Source of the DNA: Prosthecobacter debontii
GTDB taxonomy: Bacteria > Verrucomicrobiota > Verrucomicrobiia > Verrucomicrobiales > Akkermansiaceae
Length of the DNA stretch: 64,000 bases
NCBI GenBank assembly: GCA_945869465.1
Contig: CAMBPB010000002.1
Span: forward strand, 27,874 to 91,873
Reading direction: 5' to 3'
Below the pieces are notes generated by a model, which was not told the DNA's origin, ran no database searches, and saw nothing but the letters and a program-made list of their open reading frames with translations. The translations under genes were made by a program, and so were the position numbers. Shown piece after piece: positions 55,013-62,853 of this stretch. Every line of letters starts with the position of its first letter. Positions within the stretch are counted from its first letter, which is position 1.

Positions 55013-55726
55013 ATGACCCCGCGAAAACTTCTGCTCGTATTCACCGCCGCGTGGCTGCCCGTGGCGGGCCTTGCCCAGCACAACGAAGGACCGGCGGCGC
55101 TCCAGATTCGCGCGGTGCTGCACGATCCGCTCCACCCGGTCGCCGAGCTCTATCTGGCTGACAGAACGGGGTCGGTGGTCAGGTTGGAGTTGGTTGCGGA
55201 AGGATGGTCCAAACCCCAGTTCACCGTTCCGATCAACGGTTCGCTGGTGCTTTACGACAACGCCACCGTCGATCCGAAAAAACCCGGCGCGAACATGGCG
55301 GCAAGCTGTAAAATCCCCGCCAACACCCAACGGGCGATGATCGTCGTGGTGCCGGGACCCGCCGATGCCAAACCCGCCTACCGGCTGGTCCTTGTGGATG
55401 ATTCCGCGAAGGCATTTCCCAAAGGCGAATCTCGGGTGATCAGTCTGGTTGCGGTCGAAATGGCCATCGAAGCCGGAGAGCACAAACTTCCGGTTCACCC
55501 TGGAAAAATCACCGACGTGCCGGCCGTCAAAAGGGTCAATGAATTCAACATGGCGCAAGCGAATTTCTATTACAAGGACCAGCAATCCTGGGTGGCGTTC
55601 ACCGAGCGTCAGTTGCAATTTCTGGACGCGTTCCGGCGGGTCTTCATCATCCATGCGACGCCGGGTGCCATCCAGCCGGCAGTCACTACGATTGTTGACA
55701 CGGCGCCGGCCAGACCGTTGAACTGA
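55013..55726 (+). CDS. Secreted hypothetical partner protein
   Basis: Signal peptide; starts 5 bp after the pilin-like gene. Confidence 0.75.
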   Translation: MTPRKLLLVFTAAWLPVAGLAQHNEGPAALQIRAVLHDPLHPVAELYLADRTGSVVRLELVAEGWSKPQFTVPINGSLVLYDNATVDPKKPGANMAASCKIPANTQRAMIVVVPGPADAKPAYRLVLVDDSAKAFPKGESRVISLVAVEMAIEAGEHKLPVHPGKITDVPAVKRVNEFNMAQANFYYKDQQSWVAFTERQLQFLDAFRRVFIIHATPGAIQPAVTTIVDTAPARPLN

Positions 55727-55738
55727 CCAGTGGATCTA

Positions 55739-56506
55739 TCAGGAGTAACGGTTGAAGGTCGGCGGCCTCAGGAATCCGATCAGGGTTTGTCCTGATTCCC
55801 GGGCGAAGTCCACGGCGAGCGAACTGGGTGCCGAGATCGCCGCGATCAGCGGGATGCGGGCGGCGAGCGCCTTTTGCAGGATTTCAAACGATACCCGGCC
55901 GGACAGCAGCAGGAACGTTTCGGCGGGATCGATCCCGTGCAGCAGGGCGTGGCCAATGGCCTTGTCCACCGCATTGTGCCTGCCGATGTCCTCGCGGGAA
56001 ATCAGGAGTTCGCCGGCGGCGGAGAACATCCCGGCGGCGTGCAGGCCGCCGGTGGTTTCGAAGGTGCGTTGCGCGGCGCGTAGTCTCGCGGGTGCGCCGA
56101 GCAGCGCGTCCTCGGCGAGGTGGATTTCCCGTTCAATCCTCGGGAAGTGGGTGAAGATCGCGTCGAGTGTTGCCTTGCCGCAGATTCCGCAGGACGAACT
56201 CGCGAAAAAGCGGCGGGTGTGGCGGCTTGGATCGCTTTCCACCCCGTCGGCGAGAAATGCAAGCACCCGGTTTTCCTCGGGCCGGGCTTCGATTTTACGC
56301 ACCTGGCCCAGCGAAGCAACGATGCCTTCGGTGAACAGGAAGCCCGCGGCCAATTCCTCATCGTGACCGGGCGTGCGCATCACCACTGCGATCGGGTGGC
56401 CGTCGAGGCGGATTTCCAGCGGTTCCTCAAGTGCGACCTCGTCGTTCTCGGCGACTGCGCCGGCGGGTCCGCAACGGACGATGGGAACCGGCTTGGACAA
56501 CTGCAT
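55739..56506 (-). CDS. fdhD: Formate dehydrogenase accessory sulfurtransferase
   Basis: MRTPGHDEELAAGFL, SSCGICG, TGGLHAA, EDIGRHNAVDK. Confidence 0.95.
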   Translation of the reverse strand: MQLSKPVPIVRCGPAGAVAENDEVALEEPLEIRLDGHPIAVVMRTPGHDEELAAGFLFTEGIVASLGQVRKIEARPEENRVLAFLADGVESDPSRHTRRFFASSSCGICGKATLDAIFTHFPRIEREIHLAEDALLGAPARLRAAQRTFETTGGLHAAGMFSAAGELLISREDIGRHNAVDKAIGHALLHGIDPAETFLLLSGRVSFEILQKALAARIPLIAAISAPSSLAVDFARESGQTLIGFLRPPTFNRYS

Positions 56507-56614
56507 GGTTGGATTCTGTCAGCTCTGCGCCGCGGCGCAATCCGGGATCGCGGGTGGATTTCCTGTGGTTCTTCGCTTTACCCCGGCGCTGCGGACGGCT
56601 AATTTCGTTCCGCG

Positions 56615-57904
56615 ATGCACGGATTCTCCTACAAAAACGGTTCACTTTATTGCGAAGATGTCGATTTGGCCACGCTTGCCACCGAGTATGGCACCCCGCT
56701 CTATGTCTATTCCGCGGGGACGATTCTCGATCATTACCGCCGCCTTGATGCCGCGCTGGCCGGTGTGAATCACGAGGTGGCGTATGCGGTGAAGGCGAAT
56801 TCCAATCTCTCGGTACTCCGCTTGCTTGCCAACGAGGGCGCCGGTTTCGACATCGTTTCGGGTGGCGAGCTCTATCGGGTGATCAAGGCTGGCGGGGATC
56901 CGGCGCATTGCACCTTTGCCGGTGTCGGCAAGACTCGCGACGAGATCGTGTATGCCCTCGAACAGGGGATCTACTCGTTCAACGTCGAGAGCGAGGAGGA
57001 ACTTCGCTATCTGAACGAAGTGGCTGGCGAACTCGGCGTGATTGCGCCCGCTGCGGTGAGGGTGAATCCCAATGTCGATGCGCACACTCACAAGTATATC
57101 TCCACCGGCAAGTCCGAGAACAAGTTCGGGGTCGATTTCGGGGCTATCGCCGGACTTTACGAACGCGCGGCAGCGGAGATGCCTAACATCCGGATGCGTG
57201 GCCTGCAAATGCACATCGGATCACAGCTCACCTCAATCGCGCCGTTCATCGAGGCGGTGGAAAAAGTCGCGCCGCTCGCCAGGGAACTCAAGGAGCGCCA
57301 TGGCATCGAATTCTGGTCCATCGGCGGCGGCATCGGGATTATCTACAAGGGTTCGCTGGAATCCGGCAGTGTCGAATGGTGGGAAAGCCAAACCGATGAA
57401 GAGCGCCCGCTGACCACCGTGCGCTATGGGGCCGAACTCGTGCCACGCCTCAAGGAGCTCGGCTTGAAAATCCTGGTGGAACCCGGTCGTTTCATCGTGG
57501 GCAATGCCGGCGTGCTGCTCACCCGCTGCCTCTTTGAGAAAAAGGGCGCGGCCAAGACTTTCAAAATCGTCGATGCCGGAATGAACGATCTGATCCGTCC
57601 GGCACTCTACGAGGGCCACCATGAAATCGTCCCGCTCAAACAACCGGCGACGGATGCGCGGGTCACCGTGGATGTGGTGGGGCCGATCTGTGAGAGCGGC
57701 GACTTTTTCTGCCAGAACCGCGAGCTGCCCGACTTTCAGCCCGGCGATACCGTCGCGTTGATGTCCGCGGGCGCCTATGGTTTTGTGATGGCTTCGAATT
57801 ACAACTCGCGGCCCTTGCCTGCCGAGATTCTGGTCGAGGGATCGACCTCGACCGTCGTCCGCAAACGCCAGAGCCTGGATGATCTGATCGACGGTGAGCT
57901 CTAA
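56615..57904 (+). CDS. lysA: Diaminopimelate decarboxylase
   Basis: YAVKANS, HIGSQ, GGG, EPGR, GPICESGD, GAYG...SNYNSRP. Confidence 0.97.
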   Translation: MHGFSYKNGSLYCEDVDLATLATEYGTPLYVYSAGTILDHYRRLDAALAGVNHEVAYAVKANSNLSVLRLLANEGAGFDIVSGGELYRVIKAGGDPAHCTFAGVGKTRDEIVYALEQGIYSFNVESEEELRYLNEVAGELGVIAPAAVRVNPNVDAHTHKYISTGKSENKFGVDFGAIAGLYERAAAEMPNIRMRGLQMHIGSQLTSIAPFIEAVEKVAPLARELKERHGIEFWSIGGGIGIIYKGSLESGSVEWWESQTDEERPLTTVRYGAELVPRLKELGLKILVEPGRFIVGNAGVLLTRCLFEKKGAAKTFKIVDAGMNDLIRPALYEGHHEIVPLKQPATDARVTVDVVGPICESGDFFCQNRELPDFQPGDTVALMSAGAYGFVMASNYNSRPLPAEILVEGSTSTVVRKRQSLDDLIDGEL

Positions 57905-57922
57905 CCGTTTCTGTGGTGGGCA

Positions 57923-57943
57923 GATGGGACGAGACGTCCCATC
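57923..57943. terminator. Perfect hairpin between convergent lysA and folB
   Basis: GATGGGACG-AGA-CGTCCCATC; no clear U tract. Confidence 0.55.
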
Positions 57944-57946
57944 GGC

Positions 57947-58300
57947 TTATCCCCTCACCACATGCACGGCCACGCACTCGGTGTCTGGCAGGATGTGTTT
58001 CTCGATGGTGACGGCGACGCTCGTCAAGGGGTGTCGGCCTAACAGCCAGTCAGCGGTTTCCACGGCGAGGGTTTCAATCAGGTTGCGGGGCCTGGAAGCG
58101 GCGAGGGCCTGGATTTCCAAGGCAACGGCGTGGTAATCGACTGTGCGCGAAATATCGTCGGCGAGGCCGTCGAAACCCTGGCCGGGGACCAAACGCACGC
58201 TGATCCACAGCGTTTGCGCGCGGGCGCGCTCCTCGTCAGGCACGCCGATGCGGGCGCTGACTTGCAGGCGGCGGATTTCAATGGTGTCGGGTGGGTTCAT
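57947..58300 (-). CDS. folB: Dihydroneopterin aldolase
   Basis: IGVPDEER..AQ, DDISRTVDY, NLIETLA, IEK. Confidence 0.92.
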   Translation of the reverse strand: MNPPDTIEIRRLQVSARIGVPDEERARAQTLWISVRLVPGQGFDGLADDISRTVDYHAVALEIQALAASRPRNLIETLAVETADWLLGRHPLTSVAVTIEKHILPDTECVAVHVVRG

Positions 58301-58346
58301 TGGAATGAGGTTTGAACGGAGAGCGGTCGGATTTGCGGTGTTTCTA

Positions 58347-59390
58347 TCAACTATCGATCATCAACTTCCGCTCCATGGCCACGGCGAGCAACGTGCGGGT
58401 GGGTTGGTTGAGATCAAGGGCGAGGGCATCGGCCGGCGAAAGCCAGAGGAATTCCTCGGCTTCGTCGTTGAGGCGCACGTCGGTGCCGCGGGCACGGGCG
58501 AGGTAGTTGAGCAGGATGAAATGCTCGGGACGCATGAACTCGGTGGAGTCGATGCAGTCCTGGACGATGACGAAGCGGACGTCGTCGATGACGAGGGCGG
58601 TTTCCTCGAGGACCTCGCGGCGGAGGGCGGTGTGGGAGGGCTCGCCACGGTTGATTTTCCCGCCGGGAATGCCCCATTTGTCGCTCCACTTGTGGGTGCG
58701 GATCATCAGGACCCTGCCCGCGCCATCGTGGATCAGCGCGCCGACGGTGGCGATGGGGCGGGAGATGCGGCGGCGGTCTAGCAACTCGCGCAGCGCCCCG
58801 AGATCGGGAACGGTGAGGTCCGGCCTAACGGCAGCGAGGATTTCCGGGTGGTTGTAGCCGGTGAGAACCGCGATGGACGAAACGCCGCCGTGACGCGCGG
58901 TTTCGACATCGTGGGTCATGTCGCCGACAAACGCGGTTTCGTTAGGATTGAGGCCGTGGGTTTCGAGGATCTGGTGGATGATCTCGCGTTTGTCGAGGAC
59001 CCCGGAGTAGGTGGCTTCGAAGAGATCGCGCAGGCCGAAGTCGTCCATCTGCCTTTCGAAGGCGGTGGAATCCATCGAGGTGAGGACGAAAGTGCGGATG
59101 CCGGATGCGGCGCACCATTCGAGTTTTTCCCGGGCGTGGGGGAGCACGGTGACGGGAGTGAGCGCGGCATCGAAGGCCGGGCGGAAATGCGCCTCAAGTT
59201 CCTCCAACGGAACATGCGGCAGCATCTCGGTGTAAAATTCGCGATAGGGCAGGCGGAAGTGGCGGCGGAAGCTCTCGCGATCGAAGGGCGGAACGGCGTA
59301 TTTCCCCAACACCGCGTTGGTCGCCTCGATCACCGGTCCGAGATCGTCCACCAGCGTGCCTGACCAATCAAAAATGAGGTTGCGGAACAT
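58347..59390 (-). CDS. HAD-family phosphatase fused to a Nudix hydrolase
   Basis: N-terminal FDWSGTLVDD and FVGDMTHD; C-terminal Nudix box GGKINRGE...ALRREVLEET. Confidence 0.9.
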   Translation of the reverse strand: MFRNLIFDWSGTLVDDLGPVIEATNAVLGKYAVPPFDRESFRRHFRLPYREFYTEMLPHVPLEELEAHFRPAFDAALTPVTVLPHAREKLEWCAASGIRTFVLTSMDSTAFERQMDDFGLRDLFEATYSGVLDKREIIHQILETHGLNPNETAFVGDMTHDVETARHGGVSSIAVLTGYNHPEILAAVRPDLTVPDLGALRELLDRRRISRPIATVGALIHDGAGRVLMIRTHKWSDKWGIPGGKINRGEPSHTALRREVLEETALVIDDVRFVIVQDCIDSTEFMRPEHFILLNYLARARGTDVRLNDEAEEFLWLSPADALALDLNQPTRTLLAVAMERKLMIDS

Positions 59391-59398
59391 GGGGGAGA

Positions 59399-59485
59399 AA
59401 TTTTGAAATTTTAAATCCTAAGTTCTAAATGGAGTGAAATCGGAAGGCGGAACTCTGATCTTCCGTTTCGAATTTAGGGCTTAAT
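59399..59485. repeat. AT-rich heptamer array with complementary distal arm
   Basis: AATTTTG AAATTTT AAATCCT AAGTTCT AAAT; inner stem CGGAAG/CTTCCG; distal arm TTTCGAATTTAGGG. Confidence 0.7.
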
Positions 59486-59501
59486 CATGAGTGCCTGGTC
59501 A

Positions 59502-59873
59502 TTATCCCAAGGCGAATTTTACCGACTTGATACGGTTTTCGCCGAGCTGGCTGCGGATGCGGGTGAGCAGTATGGGTTTCATTTGTTCGAGGTGGAAGCG
59601 CATGGCCGGCTGGGTGACGCGGAGCACGAGGTGGCCGTTTTTCACCGAAACGGGCTCGGTGTGGCGGGCGACGAAATCCCCTGCGAGTTCCTTCCAGGCA
59701 GAACGCACCTGATCCTCGTGCAGTCCGTCCTCCGCCCCGGCGGAGCGCAGGATAGCGGTGACAAAATCCGTCGCGGCATGTATCCCGTCATTGAGGTCCA
59801 GCGGTTCTTCGCAACCGCGCCATTCGCGCAGAATCTCCTCACTGATTCCGCCGTTGCGCGGTTTGCGGCTCAT
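59502..59873 (-). CDS. DUF721/DciA family protein
   Basis: WKELAG...HTEPVSVKNGHLVLRV...FHL...KSVKFALG. Confidence 0.8.
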   Translation of the reverse strand: MSRKPRNGGISEEILREWRGCEEPLDLNDGIHAATDFVTAILRSAGAEDGLHEDQVRSAWKELAGDFVARHTEPVSVKNGHLVLRVTQPAMRFHLEQMKPILLTRIRSQLGENRIKSVKFALG

Positions 59874-59886
59874 GGCGGCGGGGCGC

Positions 59887-60123
59887 TTACGCGTCGCCAT
59901 CATCGCCGATGGCCTCGACGGGGCAGCCTTCCATCGCCTCGCGGCACTGGGCGGTTTCCTCGTCGTTTTCCGGTTGTTTGAAAACGTAGGAATATCCTTC
60001 ATCCTCGGCCCGGGTGAAATTGCTGGGCGCGGTCTCGCGGCAGAGGTCGCAGTCGATGCACTGGCTGTCCACATAGAATTTGCCAGCAACGTTTTCGGAG
60101 TTCTTGTCTTCGCGGTCAGCCAT
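59887..60123 (-). CDS. Ferredoxin
   Basis: GKFYVDSQCIDCDLC...CPVEAIG (78 aa). Confidence 0.93.
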   Translation of the reverse strand: MADREDKNSENVAGKFYVDSQCIDCDLCRETAPSNFTRAEDEGYSYVFKQPENDEETAQCREAMEGCPVEAIGDDGDA

Positions 60124-60260
60124 GGTGGTGGGGTGAAATGGTGGGTGTCTGCATGCCTTCGAAGGGCCTCCGATGCAACCCGATTTTTCGAGAACTTGTG
60201 ATTTGTCATTCGCACTGGTCAAGCGACGGTTCCGCCCGTAAGAAAAACCAAGCGCCCGCC

Positions 60261-61394
60261 ATGACACCCAAGACACCTTCTTCATCCGGGGGATCCGATC
60301 TGCCACCCAGGCATCGGCCGACGCTGGGCAACTTGTCCCAAGACACGACGGAGTTGGATCTGTGGGAGTTTGACGACGAACTGGACGCTGCGGAGGCCCG
60401 GTTGGAATCGCCGCCCGGTCTGGAGCCTTCCCGGTCTTCGGGAAGGGATCTTCCGTCACCGCGGGAGCACCCGGCGGAAAAGAAGCGGAAACCCGACGAA
60501 GGCACGGTGGCGAAGCTACCCCCGGCTGCGGATCAGATCCGGATGAACGTCAACAAATTCCGCGAGACCCCCCGGCCGGCCGGGCCATCGGAAGGGCGAT
60601 CTAAAACCGAGGGAGAATTTGACGACCTCGAACACTGGGAGGATGTTCTGCTGGCCCCGGAGATCGTTGAGTTGCCGGTGGATGTCATTCCGGAACCTAT
60701 CCCGCCGAGAAAACTGCCGGAACTTCCGGTGGAGGCGGCAGTCGAACCTCCTCCGGAAATCGCTCTGGCTCCCGCGCTGGCGGCCGAGTTGAAGCCCGCT
60801 GGCGATGACGAGTTCTCTCCAGTCGCGCGTGAAAACGCCGTGCCTGTCTCCCTGCGCCCGCATTTGGGCTTGTCGAAAATCGAGCGGATCGGGCTCGTGG
60901 GTTTGCTCGGCTGCCTTCTCGCTGGCGGCGCGGGCATCTTCATGTTCTCCCTCAATCGCCTGCCCCGGGAGTCGGAACGGGCGAAAGTCACCGATTTTCC
61001 GATCAAGGGCAGCCATCTCACCATCAAATCCGCCGCGAGTTATTGGCGCGTGCCGATCATGCAAGGGGCTTCCCCGGATACGTTCCGCCGTGGAACCCAG
61101 CTCCTGCCGGTCATCGAACTCGCCGTCGATGGCGGTCCGGCAGCCCTCCGGATCCTGTTCCGCAATGAGGAACGCGCGGTCATCGGCGACGCGGTCACCC
61201 GCACGGTCCGCGAGGCTGGGAACCTGAAAATCGCGGCGACCGCGGGTTTCGACGATCTCGGAATGCATGCCGCCTACCGCACCGGCGAGAGCAAGCCGTG
61301 GACCATCGAGGTGTATGAGGCGCCTTCCGAGGATACGGCGGGCACCGCCTTCAAGAAACTTTTCGAAATGAACATCTCCACCGACCGTCGCTGA
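60261..61394 (+). CDS. Hypothetical bitopic membrane protein
   Basis: Pro/Glu-rich N-terminal half, one TM segment (IGLVGLLGCLLAGGAGIFMF), globular C-terminus. Confidence 0.72.
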   Translation: MTPKTPSSSGGSDLPPRHRPTLGNLSQDTTELDLWEFDDELDAAEARLESPPGLEPSRSSGRDLPSPREHPAEKKRKPDEGTVAKLPPAADQIRMNVNKFRETPRPAGPSEGRSKTEGEFDDLEHWEDVLLAPEIVELPVDVIPEPIPPRKLPELPVEAAVEPPPEIALAPALAAELKPAGDDEFSPVARENAVPVSLRPHLGLSKIERIGLVGLLGCLLAGGAGIFMFSLNRLPRESERAKVTDFPIKGSHLTIKSAASYWRVPIMQGASPDTFRRGTQLLPVIELAVDGGPAALRILFRNEERAVIGDAVTRTVREAGNLKIAATAGFDDLGMHAAYRTGESKPWTIEVYEAPSEDTAGTAFKKLFEMNISTDRR

Positions 61395-61406
61395 ACCCCC
61401 ATCATC

Positions 61407-62234
61407 ATGCCCATATCAGAAGTCACTCCCATCGTGCCCAGAGAAGGCTGGCACGTCATGCATTTGTTCTATCACGTCGATCACGCGCAATGGGCGCTGT
61501 ATGGCGACGATGAAAAACGCCAGGCCAAGACCCGCCTCACGGAGTTGGTGCAGGAAATCCGCGCCACGCCCGACACCCACCTGCTGATTTTCTCGGTGGC
61601 GACGCCCAAGGCGGACCTCGGGTTCATGCTTCTAACACCCGACTTGCAGGTGGCGAACACTTATGAGAAACAACTCGGCCTCTCGCTCGGGCCGGAGATC
61701 CTCAGCGCGGCGTATTCCTATCTCTCGCAGACGGAAAGTTCCGAATACACCACCAGTCGCGAGCAATACGCCGCGGAAACGCTGGTGGAGGAAAAAGGCC
61801 TGGCCGATGGCACCCCAGAGTTCGAAACCGCGCTCAAGGAGTTCGACGAGCGGATGGCCCACTATCTCAAACACCGACTCTATCCGGTGCTGCCGGACTG
61901 GCCGGTGATCTGTTTCTATCCAATGTCGAAGCGCCGCAGCGGGGCCGACAACTGGTATGCCCTCAGCTACGAGCAGCGCCGCGAGCTGATGTCCGGCCAC
62001 GCCCGAGTCGGCCGCACTTATTCGGGCCGAATCCTCCAGCTCATCACCGGCTCGACCGGCCTTGATGAATACGAATGGGGCGTCACCCTGCTGGCCAAGG
62101 ACACCATCGACATCAAGTCGATCGTCTATGAAATGCGCTTCGACGAGGTGTCCGCCCGCTACGCCGAATTCGGCGATTTTTTCGTCGGCATGCAGCTCCC
62201 GCTAGACGTGCTGTTCCGGCGGATCTGTTTGTAG
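61407..62234 (+). CDS. hemQ: Coproheme decarboxylase HemQ/ChdC (chlorite dismutase-like)
   Basis: EGWHVMHLFY, CFYPMSKRR, NWYAL, HARVGR, GSTGLDEYEWGV, EMRFDEVSARYAEFG. Confidence 0.88.
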   Translation: MPISEVTPIVPREGWHVMHLFYHVDHAQWALYGDDEKRQAKTRLTELVQEIRATPDTHLLIFSVATPKADLGFMLLTPDLQVANTYEKQLGLSLGPEILSAAYSYLSQTESSEYTTSREQYAAETLVEEKGLADGTPEFETALKEFDERMAHYLKHRLYPVLPDWPVICFYPMSKRRSGADNWYALSYEQRRELMSGHARVGRTYSGRILQLITGSTGLDEYEWGVTLLAKDTIDIKSIVYEMRFDEVSARYAEFGDFFVGMQLPLDVLFRRICL

Positions 62235-62395
62235 CAGGGCGGCGCGCAGGTGCCCGCGCCACGGTGCCCGGGCAGCTTGCCCGGCTGCGTTGCGACTCGG
62301 CGAACGCAGCGGCAGCCGGACAGGTGTTCGCAAGAACGAACCGCAAGATCGCCAACGACCCGAACGGCAAGGAACTTTCCCCCGTTGCATGCTAC
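62231..62395. repeat. REP/REPIN-like hairpin cluster bounded by GTAGCA...TGCTAC
   Basis: Terminal inverted GTAGCA/TGCTAC; minus-strand GTGGCGCGGGCACCTGCGCGCC (62241-62262); internal hairpins CCGGGCA/TGCCCGG and GCTGCGTT/AACGCAGC. Confidence 0.7.
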
Positions 62396-62853
62396 TTGAT
62401 CAGGCGGAAGAACAGCTTGCCCGGAGCCGCCGTGAAGGTGATGGACTTGGTGATACCGTCATCGGCGATTGGATATGCCGAATCCTCCCAGCTCTCCGGC
62501 GTCAGATCGGAGCTTTGCTGCAGCGGATGGGTGGTGAACGAAGACTGCCAAGCGACCGTGATGGTCGCGTCCGCGCTGAGAGCGATTCTCAGCGGGGGGC
62601 CTTCCACCGTGATGACGCTCAGGAAGCCGGCATCGACGCTGAAGTCACTGCCGGACATCGAACCGCCAGACTCGGGCTGGCTGACTGCACCGCTGAGGGA
62701 GTATTCGCCGCCGGAACTCTCGCCACCGCCTCCTTCGATGGCGAACCAGTCGACGTGATAGTCTTCCCCGGCGCTCGAGTCATAGAACACCAGCAGACAG
62801 CAGGCGGCGGCAGGCCGGATCCAGCGGACTCCCGGAATGCGGCTGGGTTTCAT
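62392..62853 (-). CDS. Small secreted protein with a Gly-rich motif and C-terminal FFRL tail
   Basis: Signal-like N-terminus; DWFAIEGGGGESSGGEYSLSGAVSQP; ends PGKLFFRLIK. Confidence 0.78.
   Translation of the reverse strand: MKPSRIPGVRWIRPAAACCLLVFYDSSAGEDYHVDWFAIEGGGGESSGGEYSLSGAVSQPESGGSMSGSDFSVDAGFLSVITVEGPPLRIALSADATITVAWQSSFTTHPLQQSSDLTPESWEDSAYPIADDGITKSITFTAAPGKLFFRLIK

Noticed and set aside
59874-60215. N-terminal extension of the DciA-like ORF
   Set aside because: It overlaps the ferredoxin gene in another frame; the start at 59873 fits better.
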